DNA of 58,876 nucleotides, filler included, from Sphacelaria rigidula (taxonomy: Eukaryota), in the NCBI GenBank assembly GCA_964200075.2. It is 8 parts of 8 records of this genome, joined end to end, with 100 filler letters (N's around TTAATTAATTAA, not from the genome) between each part and the next. Parts side by side here need not be neighbours in the genome. Positions count along the whole stretch, not along the records: positions 7,374 to 14,646 come from CAXNAA020015680.1; positions 14,747 to 22,019 come from CAXNAA020015681.1; positions 22,120 to 29,391 come from CAXNAA020015682.1; 5 more parts are not named here. One strand, written 5' to 3'. Position 1 is the stretch's first letter; each line of letters begins with the position of its first letter. The notes under the pieces are model-generated. The model saw only the letters and a list, made by a program, of their open reading frames with translations, was not told the DNA's origin and made no database searches. Position numbers and translations under genes: made by a program. Shown here one piece after another: positions 12,720-23,763 of the stretch.

Positions 12720-14324
12720 CCGGAACGCGAGGGCTGGGAGCCGGATGGTATGCTCATTCCCCTGCTGATCACAGACGATGGAGTGGAGTACTTCGTTTCC
12801 TGTTCTACTCAGGATATGACGACCTGCTGTCAGAATTCTCATGGGAGGATCGAGTTTCACATAATCAAACATCTCCTCCTCAATATTAGGGAGTAGCTGA
12901 TCGTCGATGTAGTGATGACTGGCCCCGGAGTCGCATACCATCTTAAATGATATCGACACCGGTAGCCGAGTGTTGTCCTTGTCTGCAGGATCAGCAAAAA
13001 AGCTACAGCCTATGCCGCTTGATGGCGAGCTTGCGCCAGTCGCTGTTGGTGCTGCCGATTCGCTAGTCTCTTGACCTCGGATGTTGGATGGTGCTGTCGT
13101 CGATGCAAAATCCACTGTGACGGTGTTTGCTTGGCGTTGATGTTCGTTGATGTTGTTGTTGTCTCTACTATTGTTGCAGTTGATGTCGTTGTTATCGTTC
13201 CTGTCGTTGTTCTTGAACGTTCTACCATTACCGATTTGATTCTTACATTCTGAGTTGTCATGTTTATCTGTACGTTGCAGACTGCACCATTTGACAGACC
13301 TGCTCCTGCTGTTGGACTGTCTTTCTGAACGACAGTTACGCGAAACGTGTCCTGGTCTACCGCAGGAATAACACTTTGCAGCGAATCTTGAAGGTGTTGC
13401 AGATGAATCGAGCGGCGATGCCGCTATCATGGCGGAATCACGACCGCGTACTCCCTTCGACAAAATTCCGCGGGCGACGCGATTTGAATACATATTCCTC
13501 AATGTTACTTCGATGCCGGAGATGCTGAAGTCTGGGTCAAGCTCCGCATCATACTCTATCCTGTCGTATTCATCTGTTAAGCCTTCGACCACGATGTCCG
13601 TAAGTCTATCATCTGAAATGGGCTCACCCATGTACACCAGCTGATCACGTAGTTCATAGATCTTGGTCAAAAACACGTCAGGACCTTGGCCAGGTGATAT
13701 CATCTTGATGATATTCAGCTGACGCATAAGAATACGCCGCCATTGCTTCGAAATGTTCTCGTATTTATCGACCAGTGCCTCCCATGCAATTTTGCCATCC
13801 GCTCTTGCGTGGCCCTCCGGCTCGAAGCGAAGAAGAAAACTACCCGCTGGGCCTGTAGTTGTCAAGTATAGTATATTGAACAACTGTTCGTTGCAGCGAT
13901 CCCTAACATCAACTTCAAATCTGTTCACCACAACTCTCACATGTGTATCCTCCCGAAAGGAGTCCACTCCGCTGCCAGCCAGCGGGTCCCCAACTGGATC
14001 ACTTGTTTCGGCTGCCTCTTCAGATGAAGACGGCGCCGCTGCTTGGGAGCGGGTGTGTGGCGGAGTTGATCTTGACCTGGGTCGTGCAATTGGAACTGAT
14101 TGGGCACCTTGAGTGTGCTCCACGTCATCAAAAGTTTCCGCGGAACGTTTACTTTCATTGATTATATCCGAAATCCCAGGATGTGTGAGGGAAATCATTG
14201 CGCGCGTGCTGCGCTTCCATTCGAGGGAATGTTTTCCGTCGAATTTCCTGATGCTCCTGATGAGCTGTGCAACAGATGGCTGTCCTTGATTATTCATCTT
14301 GTTACAGTATGTGTGAGAATTCAT
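12720..14324 (-). pseudogene. Copia gag + aspartic protease
   Basis: KFDG motif, UBN2-like gag core, CCHC knuckle CYSCGRPGHVSRNC, second degenerate knuckle WCSLQRTDKHDNSEC, protease VCDSGASHH. Confidence 0.92.
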
Positions 14325-14487
14325 CACACCTAAAACCTTGATCAAATAAGATGTATAGAGATAGGACTCCTCTCACTTTTTACCTGCCGTGACCGTGACG
14401 ACCTTGATGGGAAGTCCCCTCGCTGGTGCTGACCGACGTAGTCTCGAAGCGAAGGCTGATGACCTGAAGACCTACGTGGTCGCGAAT

Positions 14488-14502
14488 CGATGGCTCAAAA
14501 CC
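14488..14502 (-). other. Primer binding site, copia half-tRNA-iMet type
   Basis: Minus strand GGTTTTGAGCCATCG directly follows the LTR end ..CCAACA; resembles the GGTTATG(A/G)GCCC PBS. Confidence 0.65.
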
Positions 14503-14646
14503 TGTTGGAATAGCTCGTGTTGACAGGCACTGTCGTCAAGACAGGCCAACCACTTATTCAGAGAATAGTGGTCTTTGCAGACGATGCACCAGTGATCGTC
14601 AGATCACTTTCTTCTGCAGCACAGATAAACTCAGTTGAAGCAAACG
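14503..14646 (-). repeat. 5' LTR (partial)
   Basis: ~97% identical to 7542-7685. Confidence 0.93.
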
Positions 14647-16259
14647 NNNNNNNNNNNNNNNNNNNNNNNNNNNNNNNNNNNNNNNNNNNNTTAATTAATT
14701 AANNNNNNNNNNNNNNNNNNNNNNNNNNNNNNNNNNNNNNNNNNNNCAAGCGAATCTGAAAAGTGGGCTAGGCTCCTCTCGGTGGGGTGATACAAAGTGT
14801 CCAAGACGTGTGGTGGCGGTTTTCCCTGTTTGGGGGTCAAAAACCTTGTCAAATGTCCTAAAAGTGGAAAAATCGAGCCAAACGAAATACGAACCGGAAG
14901 AAACGGCCTCAGATCGAGAGTTTTGTTTTCCACTGCCCTTTTTCAAGCGAAAAATGATTTGCTGAGGCAGTGTTCTAGTAAATCATTTTTCGATCGAAAA
15001 GGTGCGATGGAATGCAAAAATCTCGATCTGATAGGTCCTGAATTTAACCACCTACAAAATTCACGACGATGGTTGAAATTACGACTCATCAGATCGGGTT
15101 TTTTGTTTTCCACCGCACAATTTTGATCGAAAACTGATGTGCTGAGACAGGCCTTGAGACACGGTCTGAGTGCTTGAGAGAGAACAAAGTTGACCGCGGG
15201 TCAAACACATGACGCAATTTATGCGTCATTCCACGTGCCTGGGGTGAGCGTACGTCGGGTGCAATTCTGAAAACGAGGCCCAAGGAGTGATTCGTACGAC
15301 ACGAATTAATCACACTAGACTCGTTGTCCGTCCGCCCTCGGAAAATATGACGGTCTACTCTGACACCGAGAATGTACTCAATCATCACTCATTTGTGCTG
15401 AGCCGGGATAACCCCAAAAAGGCAAAGAGGGGGGGAAAGCAAGCAGAGCCAGATGTGGTCGCCTCGACAAACAAAGTCGGGCGGTAAGATTGTGGTACAA
15501 CGTAGAATCCGCTGTCAGGTTTCTTGTTCAAGCCACTGATTGGAGATTCCTTCACTCCACAACATCCATCAACATGCGAACACACGGAACGTCGACGGCG
15601 AGCAACGAAAACGCGTATAAAACGACAACCCTTGCCTGCATCTACACAGGCGGGGCAGTACCCTACTGAATGCGAGCCGTAAAAAAGTAATGCCACTAGT
15701 AAACTAATATTTGATCAATCAGATTTCTCTACGGAAAAAAAGAGTTGATCCATCAAAAAACAATACGCGTCTGCACACGGTACGAATGTATATCTCGAGG
15801 AAGCAGATTTGGCCCTTGTAACGTGAAAAACGGCATGGCTGCAGCATACGCCTTGCTCCCTTCCTCTCTCCCCAAGTCAAGGGAAAACACAGGAGAGCAT
15901 TTGACTCGAAAAAACCAAGCCTCGAAGAGAGGGTGCAAAAAACTCGACAAAAAATACAGGCACAAAACACAACACGTCCACTCTAAGCGTACAAACACGC
16001 ACGGGATAAGCTATATACCTCGTCATGTTTCGTTTCAATCGGAGCCCTCTCCCCTCCGGACTACCCTCTCTGTACGTCACATACACCCTAGTAGAATAAT
16101 ATACAGCCATCGTTTCTAGTCGCTTTAGCACACGGAACAGTCCACAGGAATGCTCCTTACCGCAAGATTCACACATACAGAAATGGCCACCTTGTGAGGC
16201 CAGATGGCATCAGCCAACTTGCAAAACGTAAAAAGGGGATTCTTTAGGGTAACCAATCG

Positions 16260-19200
16260 CTATGATCGCTGCGCGGCACCCTGTTGCTGCCTCTGTTGTT
16301 GTGATCCCCGCCCTCCCCCATTACCCCTTCTCCTATTTGCCGCGGGCGCTCTATTCTTGCGCATGCCCGACCCGTGCCCCCCTCCGTCACCACCCCCGTT
16401 TACCATGCGCCCGTTGCTCCCATCCTGTCCTCCCTTGGACCTGCCTCCGCCACCGGTGCCACTAGTTACAGTTGCATCACCTTGCAACTGTTGACTCCGT
16501 TCGCTATTACTATTGCCGTTACCGCTACCTCCACTCCTGCCGTGGAACGGCGCCTGCTGCGCGCCGCGAGGCTTCGAAACGCCGTTCCCACCGAACCCAC
16601 CCCCGCCGCTTCCGTTGGCGTCTACTGCGCCATTGCTGCGAACTCCCGAACCTTGGCGATGACCGTTTGATCGTCCGCCATGATCGTGACGCGACGACAC
16701 GGTAGAGCCGTGCCCTTGAGACTCTTGTGTGTGCTGCTGCGAGCTCTGACCGTCGCCGACTGAGGCAGACGGGGACGTCTTGTGGTGGGAAGCCTGGCGA
16801 CTACGCCGCCCTCCGGCTCCGGTGCCGGTGGTTCGCTGGGGAGGCGCAGGACTGGGCTCCCCGAATGCCTCGTCATCGGCCCAGCTTGCCGAGGGGGCAC
16901 GTGCTTGGGTAGGCAGCGCTGGTGGTTGCGCGCCGGCTTGAGAAAAAGATCTTGATGCTGCCGCAGGAGTCCCGCCGCCTCCCCCGCCGTCGTTACTCCA
17001 GCCGTTCTTCGAGGTGTGGGCGCGCGGCGACGCTCCTGCAGCGTGGTTCTTCACGTGTCGCAGCGACTGATTATTGTTGCTGCTGCTGCTACTATTGCTA
17101 CTGCTGTGACTGCTATTGTTGATCTGGCCGTTGTTGGAGCTTGTCCTTCCCTTGGGGTGCTGAGGTTGAATGACGGGCGACGAGGTTTGCTTTTGCCCAA
17201 CACCAACGCTGCCACTGCTCGCGGCTTGCTGGTGTTCCGGCTTGTGGGCCTGACCCCGCCCGTGTTCTCGGGGGCGCCGTTGGGGCTTGCCGCTTCTTTG
17301 ACCATGGTCTTGTCTGGGTGCGTGATCTTGCCTAGCTGCCTGCACTTGCTTCGGTGCCTGTTGTTGTTGTTGCTGCTGCTGCTGCTGCGCAGCTGTCGTC
17401 ACCACGGCGCGTTCGCTGGCCCCAGAGCCAGCCGCAGATTGCTGTTTGTTGGAAGGCTGATCATCTCCGACCTTTGCCCCGTGCCCCGCCGTAGAGTTTT
17501 TCCGGTCGTCGACCCTCGCTTCCCCCCTTCCCCTCCCCCTCCCACGTGTACGCGATCCTGGTCCGCGCCCCCTCCCATTCCCGCTCCGACCCTTGGTACC
17601 GACCGTGGTGTCTCCCCCAGCGGATGCATCAGCCCCCGTTCCGTTCACGACGTCCGAATTGTTGGTGCTGGTTTGCCCTTTGGCGTCAGGAGATGACTCC
17701 GCAAGGGTTGGCGGGGCCTGGGAAAGCAGTGGAGAACAACGGGGAGAAAATATACTCAATACTCAGTATTTTCGAAGAGTCATACTTTCAGTACTCAAAT
17801 TTGAGTCGAGTATTTGAGGTCGTACTCAGCCTACTCGAAATTTGAGTAGAGTATTGAGGTCATACTCAACTGATACTCTATACACAGGCATTACTGAGAG
17901 TGCTTACTCAATATTTGAGTAGAATATTTGAGGTCATACCTGATCTACTCAAAGTTTGAGTAGAGTATGTGAGGTCATACCCGAGTGATAGTCTATACTC
18001 AAGTATTCCCAGAGTTGCCTATCCATGATTGGTGCTGAAACTTCAGCAAACATTCGGATACAGTATATTCGAAAAAGAATTTGAATCATAACCAAAAGGT
18101 ACAAAAATAGGGTAGAACGAATATTGGGGTTTTGTCGAAGGGCGTTCGGATTGTACCGTGTAGCCTGGCGGGGGTACTGGAAAGCGTAAAAATTATATTG
18201 CAGTATTGTGCAGTCGAAGCCTTGCCCTGTTCGTTCACCTGCACGCTTCTTTTAATTTTATTTCATGGCCACAATTCGCTCATACTCTTTGAAGCCTGTA
18301 ACGTAACGCCACCCATCTAATTGATGGCCATCGTTCGCCCATGTATTCAAAATAGTCCGTGGAGTGACGTCTTGAGGTCGCCGACGGTCACGGATACTCA
18401 CCATACCCAAGTGATACTTTAAACTCAAGTATTACTGAGAGTGCTTACTCAATATTTGAGTAGAGTATTTGAGGTCGTACTCGATCTACTCATTACGTGA
18501 GTCCGCTCGAAGACTCATTTTGAATTATTTCACAAATACAGAGTCAACCCTGTATTAGTCGGGGGTCGGTCCCAAAAGGGTTGATGAAATAAAATGAAGG
18601 AGAAAAAAAAAGGGGAAAAATAGCGAAAAAACAATCGAACAAATGAACACGTCGGGTGTCCAACCCATTTGTACCAGTTGCTGACGTACCTACCCTGTCA
18701 ACTGGAGTATAGAGGCATTAGGCTTCAGCATGAAATGCTTTCCTGTACAGTTACTGGTAATTTGTTATTTTCCCGTTTCGTTAGTGCCGTAACGAGAAAT
18801 GACGGGAATTTCGATAGTTGCCGAGTAATTTTTTCCGTGTGATTGGGAAGATGTTTTGCTTTGGATAGGAAGGGTAATTCCAATTCATCACGGTAACGTC
18901 ATGGTAACCTCGAATCCTCTCGACGGTTGGGTAATGGGTTCGAATATCGGTGCATTCACTAAAACATAAGCCAAGCACCGCAAAAGGAATGTGGAGTACT
19001 GAAACGAGACGAAAAAGGAAAAAAACTTCTGTGTTGGCCTTTCTCCTGTGTGACCCCGGCTGATGCGCCCACATATGCCGAAAGGGGGAGACACGCGTCT
19101 CCAGAATAGATGGGGTTAACAACACACACAAGCCAAATATTCTCGTGGTGAATTCACTGAGATCCTTGGAATTTCCGAACCTCGAAATTGAGTTCGGTGA

Positions 19201-21450
19201 GTTTCCGGTTGATTTGGGAACGCGCACTCGGATTCCTACTCGCCACACTCCGTCACGTTTCCACATCGGTATACGGTAGGCTCATCCTCCTCGGGAACAT
19301 CAGTTCTTGATTGTCTCAGAGGTAGTTATTTGACTACTTCGTCACATCAGGTGGCACAGGTTCAAAGGTAGATTGATAGGTTTTCAGTGGAAAATAAGGC
19401 TCATGTACGGGCCACGACTTGCTCAACAACTACAATATGTCTATCCAGGAGTACTTGTCTTCATTTGAAGTCCGTTCTCGTCCAGTATGTGGTGTCGGTA
19501 CACTTCGACGCCCTAACCTCACAATTATAATTCTCTAAGGGAGAATAATTGTCGACGGGTACTGTGAATAACTCACTCCTTGCACCATCGCAGCTGGGTT
19601 TACATTCGAAGACAGCACCTGCGATGGTTGCTGCTGCTGCTGCTGCTGCTGTCCCGCCACTCTCGCATCCTCTCCCAACCCCGTCCCATTCGAGCGACCC
19701 CCCCCTGGTGCGTCCGCTGGCGCCGCCGGTGCTGTGCCCGCATCCTGTGGTAAGCCCTGCCAAGGGCTGGTCATTCCTCTCTCCAAATCAAGTACATTCG
19801 CAGCTGGTTGCGATGCAGCAGGCACTGCTGACCCCACGACCGCACCGTTGCCGTTCGCGCTACTCCACTGCCCCTGCCCCGGTGGTCGCATCACGTTTTT
19901 CGTCGGCGGCGAGGTGTTCGGCATTGTCATTGCCGCCGGTGGGGGGCCTGCGGGCGGCGGCGGCGGCGGCTGCTGCTGCTGCACCCGCGACACACTGGGT
20001 GTAACCTGAACATTGTCTCTTGCAAGGCTGAACCCGCCCACTAGTGTCTCTTGGGTCCTGTCAACAGTGCCGCCTAGCGGAGGCGACGGTGTGGATCGGG
20101 CTGCGGTCAAAGCGGCCGGGTACATTGGTGGCGAAGTGTCGCCCCACGGCGGGCCGACCGTGGGTTGATCGTGGCCGCGCTCCATGCTCGCGGGATTCGG
20201 GTGAACAGGAAGCCTGTTGTTTGCGTGTTGTTGATAAGGCTGCTGGTGCTGGTGCTGCTGTGAGATGAGCGGCGCTTGCGGTGGCGGCAACGGCTGGGGG
20301 TAACCCCAACCACCGCCGTTGTAGTTTTGATTCGGAGAGCCCCGCGGCCCGCCCGCCGATGGCAGGGTACCCTCGGGGGGGCTCAGAGAAGGCACGGGAG
20401 GAGCCATTCCTTGCGCTATTGTGACTGGCGTCAGAGGTGGAGTGGGCTGCTGCTGGAATGGCGATTGCACGTGAAGCGGGTGAGGCAACGGCGGAGAAAC
20501 CATTCCCGATTGCTGTGGGTGGGGGGTGTAGTAGTGGGTTGCCGTGGGCGGCAGCGGTGCCTGGGGATAGTTCTGGACTGGTCTAGGGCGGGACTTAGCC
20601 ACACGCGGCTCCCGCTGGGGGAGCGCTGACCGTGCGCTTGACGCCGCCGCCGGCGGTGCTGCTAATTGCGCCTGGGAAACGACGGGGGGAAGAACACCTT
20701 CTTCCATTTCCGAGGGCTGCCGCTCGTGATGCCGTTCGCGATGCCTTATGGCGACAGCATCCGCCTCTCTCTCGTCTCCCGCCCCAGCTCCCTGTGACGA
20801 AGGAGCAATCCCAGAAACGGCACTATTGCCACTACCGCCCGAAGCACCAGAGGCGACCATCGATTGGGCGGGAGGTGGCAGCAGCGGTCCAGGCAAAGGA
20901 AGAACCATTGACCGGTCATCAGCGCTGTCGCCACCTGGGGGCAACGCCGCCTGGAATCCTGCCGCGTTTTGCGCCACCGACACGCCGTTCGGCACCCCAC
21001 CAGTCGCTGGGGGGACGGGTGTGGATAGAGAGGAGGTCTGCTCATTCCCGTTGGTCGGTGGCCGCGTCGACGGGACGCTCCCTGCGGCGGTCTCGCCGTC
21101 TTGATCTTCACCTTCCCTCCGAGATTCACCGTCACGCTGCTGTTGCCTTGGGGGTGACGCGTCTCCAAAGAAGTTGAAAACCGGGGCTTGGGAGGCGGGA
21201 GGTGGGGCGACGATCTGGTCGCGAAGTGCAGACACGATTTCCTCTAGCCGTTGAAAGTTCACCCCCGGGGCAACTTCCCTGCTGCTGCTCTCGGGGTTCA
21301 GATACAGCACCGCCCGCTCCACGCTTTGGTCCAAGCAGCCATCGAAGTCTGCCTCGTCGGGTGGTACAGTCTTGCCCAAGAGAACCTGCTTTGCCACCAC
21401 GGAACCATGTGGACGGGACGGGGAGACCTTTAGGTCCAAGGGGATATACT
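16260..21450 (-). CDS. Large disordered Pro/Gln/Gly/RG-rich protein, possibly Caprin-like; last two exons ~21450-19577 and 17717-16260 (5'-partial)
   Basis: Two long ORFs join in phase 0 via GGA|GTGAGT and CAG|GCC. Short folded N-terminal segment CLDQSVERAVLYL..VAPGVNFQRLEEIV..FNFF, RGRGRGRG motif, polyQ tracts. Confidence 0.75.
17750..18500. repeat. Intronic TACTC/GAGTA-rich repeat element: two arrays around a unique spacer
   Basis: Arrays at ~17750-18015 and ~18390-18500 share a ~50-bp direct repeat (ATTACTGAGAGTGCTTACTCAATATTTGAGTAGA..). Confidence 0.65.
18900..19131 (+). mobile_element. SINE copy (partial tRNA head, internal deletion)
   Basis: Homologous to 57611-57960; B box GGTTCGAAT, shared 3' tail, (AC)n end. 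Confidence 0.7.
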
Positions 21451-22216
21451 CTGTAATGCAGCTTTTCCAAGAGTGCAGTGCATTTGTTTTGGGCATGCCT
21501 TACCCAGGAATTGCATGACCAAAGAGGTGGTTACTCGAACACGGATATTTCAACCTAGCCACCGCATCATGCCTGTCTGCACGACGTTAGGGGTTTTCAT
21601 TCAGAGTAGCGCCCACTAATGAAGGAAACAAATAAAGAAGAACTGCGACGCTTCAGTTGACCTGCCACAGTGCATCCAGCCCCACGCTGCTGGAAGTCGT
21701 CGCAACATTTGCTGCCTGACCGAACAACAGTCATGATTCACTCACAAGAGAAACAAAATGGGGCTTCATACAGGGAGAGACAAAAGGTTGGGGACATTTC
21801 AGACGCACAACTCATTTCCCGTGGTCCACGGAGTATTATTTTTCGGTGAAGGGGAGTTGTGGCCTGAAAAGAAACGCACTGCACGACAGAACAATGGCTC
21901 GTAGCAAACCTCGATAGCTACTCAACCACATGTTGCCACAACCCAAACTGATCTCGCTGGAATGGTCCACTCCCTCCTAGGTTCCGATGGCTATACTAGG
22001 AGATGGATGGTGGCCAGAGNNNNNNNNNNNNNNNNNNNNNNNNNNNNNNNNNNNNNNNNNNNNTTAATTAATTAANNNNNNNNNNNNNNNNNNNNNNNNN
22101 NNNNNNNNNNNNNNNNNNNTGACCAGCCTCATTGGTCGTTCTGGAGGCCCGGTCCCAAAAGGGCTAATCCCTTGAGACTGCGGACTGGTCCCGAGAAACG
22201 GGATAATGACAATTTA

Positions 22217-22408
22217 TGGTCAAAAGATGCAATAGACAAGGAGTGTACTGGGTAAAGTATAGTTCTATTGCAACTGTTGTCGGCCGTCAATAGTTGCAAT
22301 AGAACTATACTTTACCCAGTATACTTGTCTCTTGCACCCAGCCGTCAATAGTTGCATTAGGTCCAAACTGTATCCAGTATATTTCTTGTCTATTGCATCT
22401 TTTGACCA
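22217..22408. mobile_element. MITE with perfect 24-bp TIRs flanked by TA (Tc1/mariner-like)
   Basis: TGGTCAAAAGATGCAATAGACAAG / CTTGTCTATTGCATCTTTTGACCA; internal hairpin with ~30-bp arms at ~22246-22321. Confidence 0.8.
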
Positions 22409-23763
22409 TATACTGTCCAGGGTGTGGAGGGGTTAGAATATATGAAGGATAAGATGGGTGTTATTTGACGTCCTTGGTACGTACTCAAGAGGGTACGCTG
22501 TACAGACAGGAGCACCGTTGCTTTTAGCCACCACTCCTAGCGGCCGTCTCTGGGCCGATTCTATTCGCACAAGTAAGAAGACGCGCTAACGGCGAGTGGT
22601 TCGACCGTCATCGGCGAACTGTTTTTTGTAGTCAGCACATACTGCAGTACGCTTTTGCGAAACCTTCCACTGCTAGTCCATATCTTCGACAAATTCTTGA
22701 CTGAAATATGTAAAGCCTCAATTTTCACCTTTCGTGAGGTTCACGTGGTTCCGGTGGTTTAGTTCTTCGTATGGTGGAATCTAGATTTGCTGGTTCTCGC
22801 TCTGAATCTTGCGAAAACGCATTCGGAGGTGAACGCCCGAGAGAGACACGGACATCAAGTATACGTGCTGAGATGATGAGCAAAAGTTCTTATCGTGTAT
22901 GGGAATGGTGACGGTGGAATTAACTCGGGATCCCCGGTGACTGGACGCTACAAGCTCACGTGCTGTTCGAGCATATCTGGGAGGGGAGCCCTTGATTTTG
23001 TCTCCGGGGAGGGGGATCTTTCATTTTACCTCACTATTATTCCTCATTTCCGTAGCCCTTCGCACCTCCTCCACGTTGTCGAAGGTCATCGATATGGCTT
23101 TACAATAGCCAAGCAAAATATGGAAAGTTCGTGGATTACGGTGTTAATCACCCCCGGAAACTGCTGCCTCCTGCCCCCGCTCCTCCACTGAGGGATGCAC
23201 CCCTTGACCGAGTTGAACTTTGAGCTTACCCCTTTGCGCGCCAGGTCTCCTTTTAAAAAAATATCACCGCAGTATTTCGCAATCTCGGTACGCTGGACGC
23301 TTTAACAGAGTAGTGGGTTTTGTCTGTAGGCGAGCGTCACCATCACTGACATCTTTCGTGTACTGTACCTCATGGTCACTAATCCCCGATTTCTATTGTT
23401 TGTAAGAAAGAGATGGTCTGTATTGTTTTGTAATAATGATGTTGGTTGATCAAGGATCGATCTGGGGCATGTGCCACAGCTGGAGGGTATGGTTTAGTTG
23501 ACGTTTGTCGAGATCTGTGATGGTGACGACTGTATTGATCGAACAAGACACCCAGAGCAAAGCGAACGCAAGTGCCCAGCTATAGTGAAGTGACAGCGAT
23601 TGCCCTTTTGTCGTGGGTGGAAGGCCATATATTTGTCGAGAGCTATGACTGCAGTAATGCGAATTACAAAATACCTGATGTGATTTTTTGAGCACATTGA
23701 AGTCTTGAAACATGAACACTTCGCTACGCCTGTTTCTCTTCTGAATCGTCGTCACTTTCGCAG

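Larger units (their letters stand above)
7542..14646 (-). mobile_element. Ty1/copia LTR retrotransposon, degenerate, 5' LTR cut by contig end
   Basis: Two LTR copies, PBS, PPT, and gag-PR-INT-RT-RNaseH domain order on the minus strand. Confidence 0.97.

Noticed and set aside
22985-23030. ALDFVSGEGDLSF as the SH3 N-terminal motif
   Set aside because: No WWxG follows and no compatible splice donor was found; probably chance
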